From positions 54,845-118,844 of the forward strand of contig JAEEJO010000066.1 of NCBI GenBank assembly GCA_016281915.1: 64,000 nucleotides of DNA, written 5' to 3'. Below the pieces are notes generated by a model. It saw only the letters and a list, made by a program, of their open reading frames with translations. It was not told where the DNA came from and did not search any database. Of this stretch, positions 63,697 to 64,000 are shown one piece after another (the stretch's first letter is position 1; each line of letters begins with the position of its first letter). The position numbers and the translations under genes are program-made. The stretch comes from Clostridiales bacterium (GTDB lineage: Bacteria; Bacillota; Clostridia; Oscillospirales; UBA644).

Positions 63697-63886
63697 CACG
63701 ATTAAAGAAGCCGTATGCCCTCTGTGCGGCAAGACATACCGCGACGCTCCAGCGCTTTCAAGATCTGACAATATAACGCCAATATGCCCCGACTGCGGAA
63801 TAAGACAGGCTCTTAATGACTTAGGGCTGGATAAGATGGAGCAGGAGCGGATCATATATACGATACGGAGGTATACACGAAAATGA
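63686..63886 (+). CDS. Small Zn-ribbon protein
   Basis: 66 aa. CPLCG...CPDCG. Overlaps both neighbours (11 nt and ATGA). Confidence 0.55.
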   Translation: MKDNTIKEAVCPLCGKTYRDAPALSRSDNITPICPDCGIRQALNDLGLDKMEQERIIYTIRRYTRK

Positions 63887-64000
63887 ACAAAGAGGTCTTA
63901 AAAGCGCTTCGTGAGCGCTTCACGCCCGGCACACGCGTCGAGCTCGTCAGAATGAATGATATACAGGCGCCGCCTCCGGGTACGTGCGGAACCGTTCAAG
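63883..64000 (+). CDS. DUF4314-like protein (3' end outside window)
   Basis: MNKEVLKALRERFTPGTRVELVRMNDIQAPPPGTCGTVQ matches the DUF4314 N-terminal pattern as I recall it. Confidence 0.55.
   Translation, partial: MNKEVLKALRERFTPGTRVELVRMNDIQAPPPGTCGTVQ

Larger units (their letters stand above)
43410..64000. mobile_element. Integrated phage-like element (prophage or satellite). Left junction inside the DegT gene, right end beyond the window.
   Basis: Three serine recombinases sit at the junction, followed by cargo, phage replication genes (Gp157, Sak4-like, DUF669, primase-helicase, RusA) and packaging genes (HNH, P27 TerS). The left boundary is only approximate. Confidence 0.8.

Overview
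The window looks like a Firmicutes (Clostridia-type, probably gut anaerobe) chromosome. That assignment is inferred from gene content, SD sequences and TTGACA-17-TATAAT promoters. It has two parts.

(1) Bases 1 to about 43,400 are chromosomal:
- a 5'-truncated FAD oxidoreductase
- a compact three-gene TerB / P-loop ATPase / DEAD-helicase operon that matches the Shango defence architecture
- an ArsB/NhaD-type permease
- a sulfur amino-acid and Fe-S cluster block (UroD-family protein, cysE, cysK, O-acetylhomoserine sulfhydrylase, nifU, nifS, divergent Rrf2 regulator)
- three paralogous orphan solute-binding-protein-like lipoproteins, with a candidate sRNA between two of them
- GNAT, D-2-hydroxyacid dehydrogenase, HAD hydrolase, M13 and M16 peptidases, alanine dehydrogenase
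- a CBS-pair protein with a possible HEPN-like N-terminus, and an XRE regulator
- a polysaccharide (capsule/EPS) locus of 9 intact genes

(2) At about 43.4 kb the DegT-type aminotransferase gene of that locus is cut off by an integrated element longer than 20.6 kb that runs off the window. The element contains:
- three tandem serine recombinases
- an AT-rich self-contained cargo operon: a Zn-ribbon/TM/long EAKAKA-stalk/ComEC-type MBL/Ada-like Zn-finger protein, a voltage-gated K+ channel, and a SHOCT-like small protein
- phage-like early, replication (Gp157, Sak4-like ATPase, DUF669, primase-helicase, RusA) and packaging (ArpU-like regulator, HNH, P27 TerS) modules
- an accessory island placed after terS: a miniaturised MetK homologue translationally coupled to a ParB-DNA methyltransferase, plus amidoligase, GGCT, a Zn-ribbon protein and DUF4314

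I recognised no rRNA, tRNA or CRISPR array. All family assignments come from motif recognition by eye. No database search was run.
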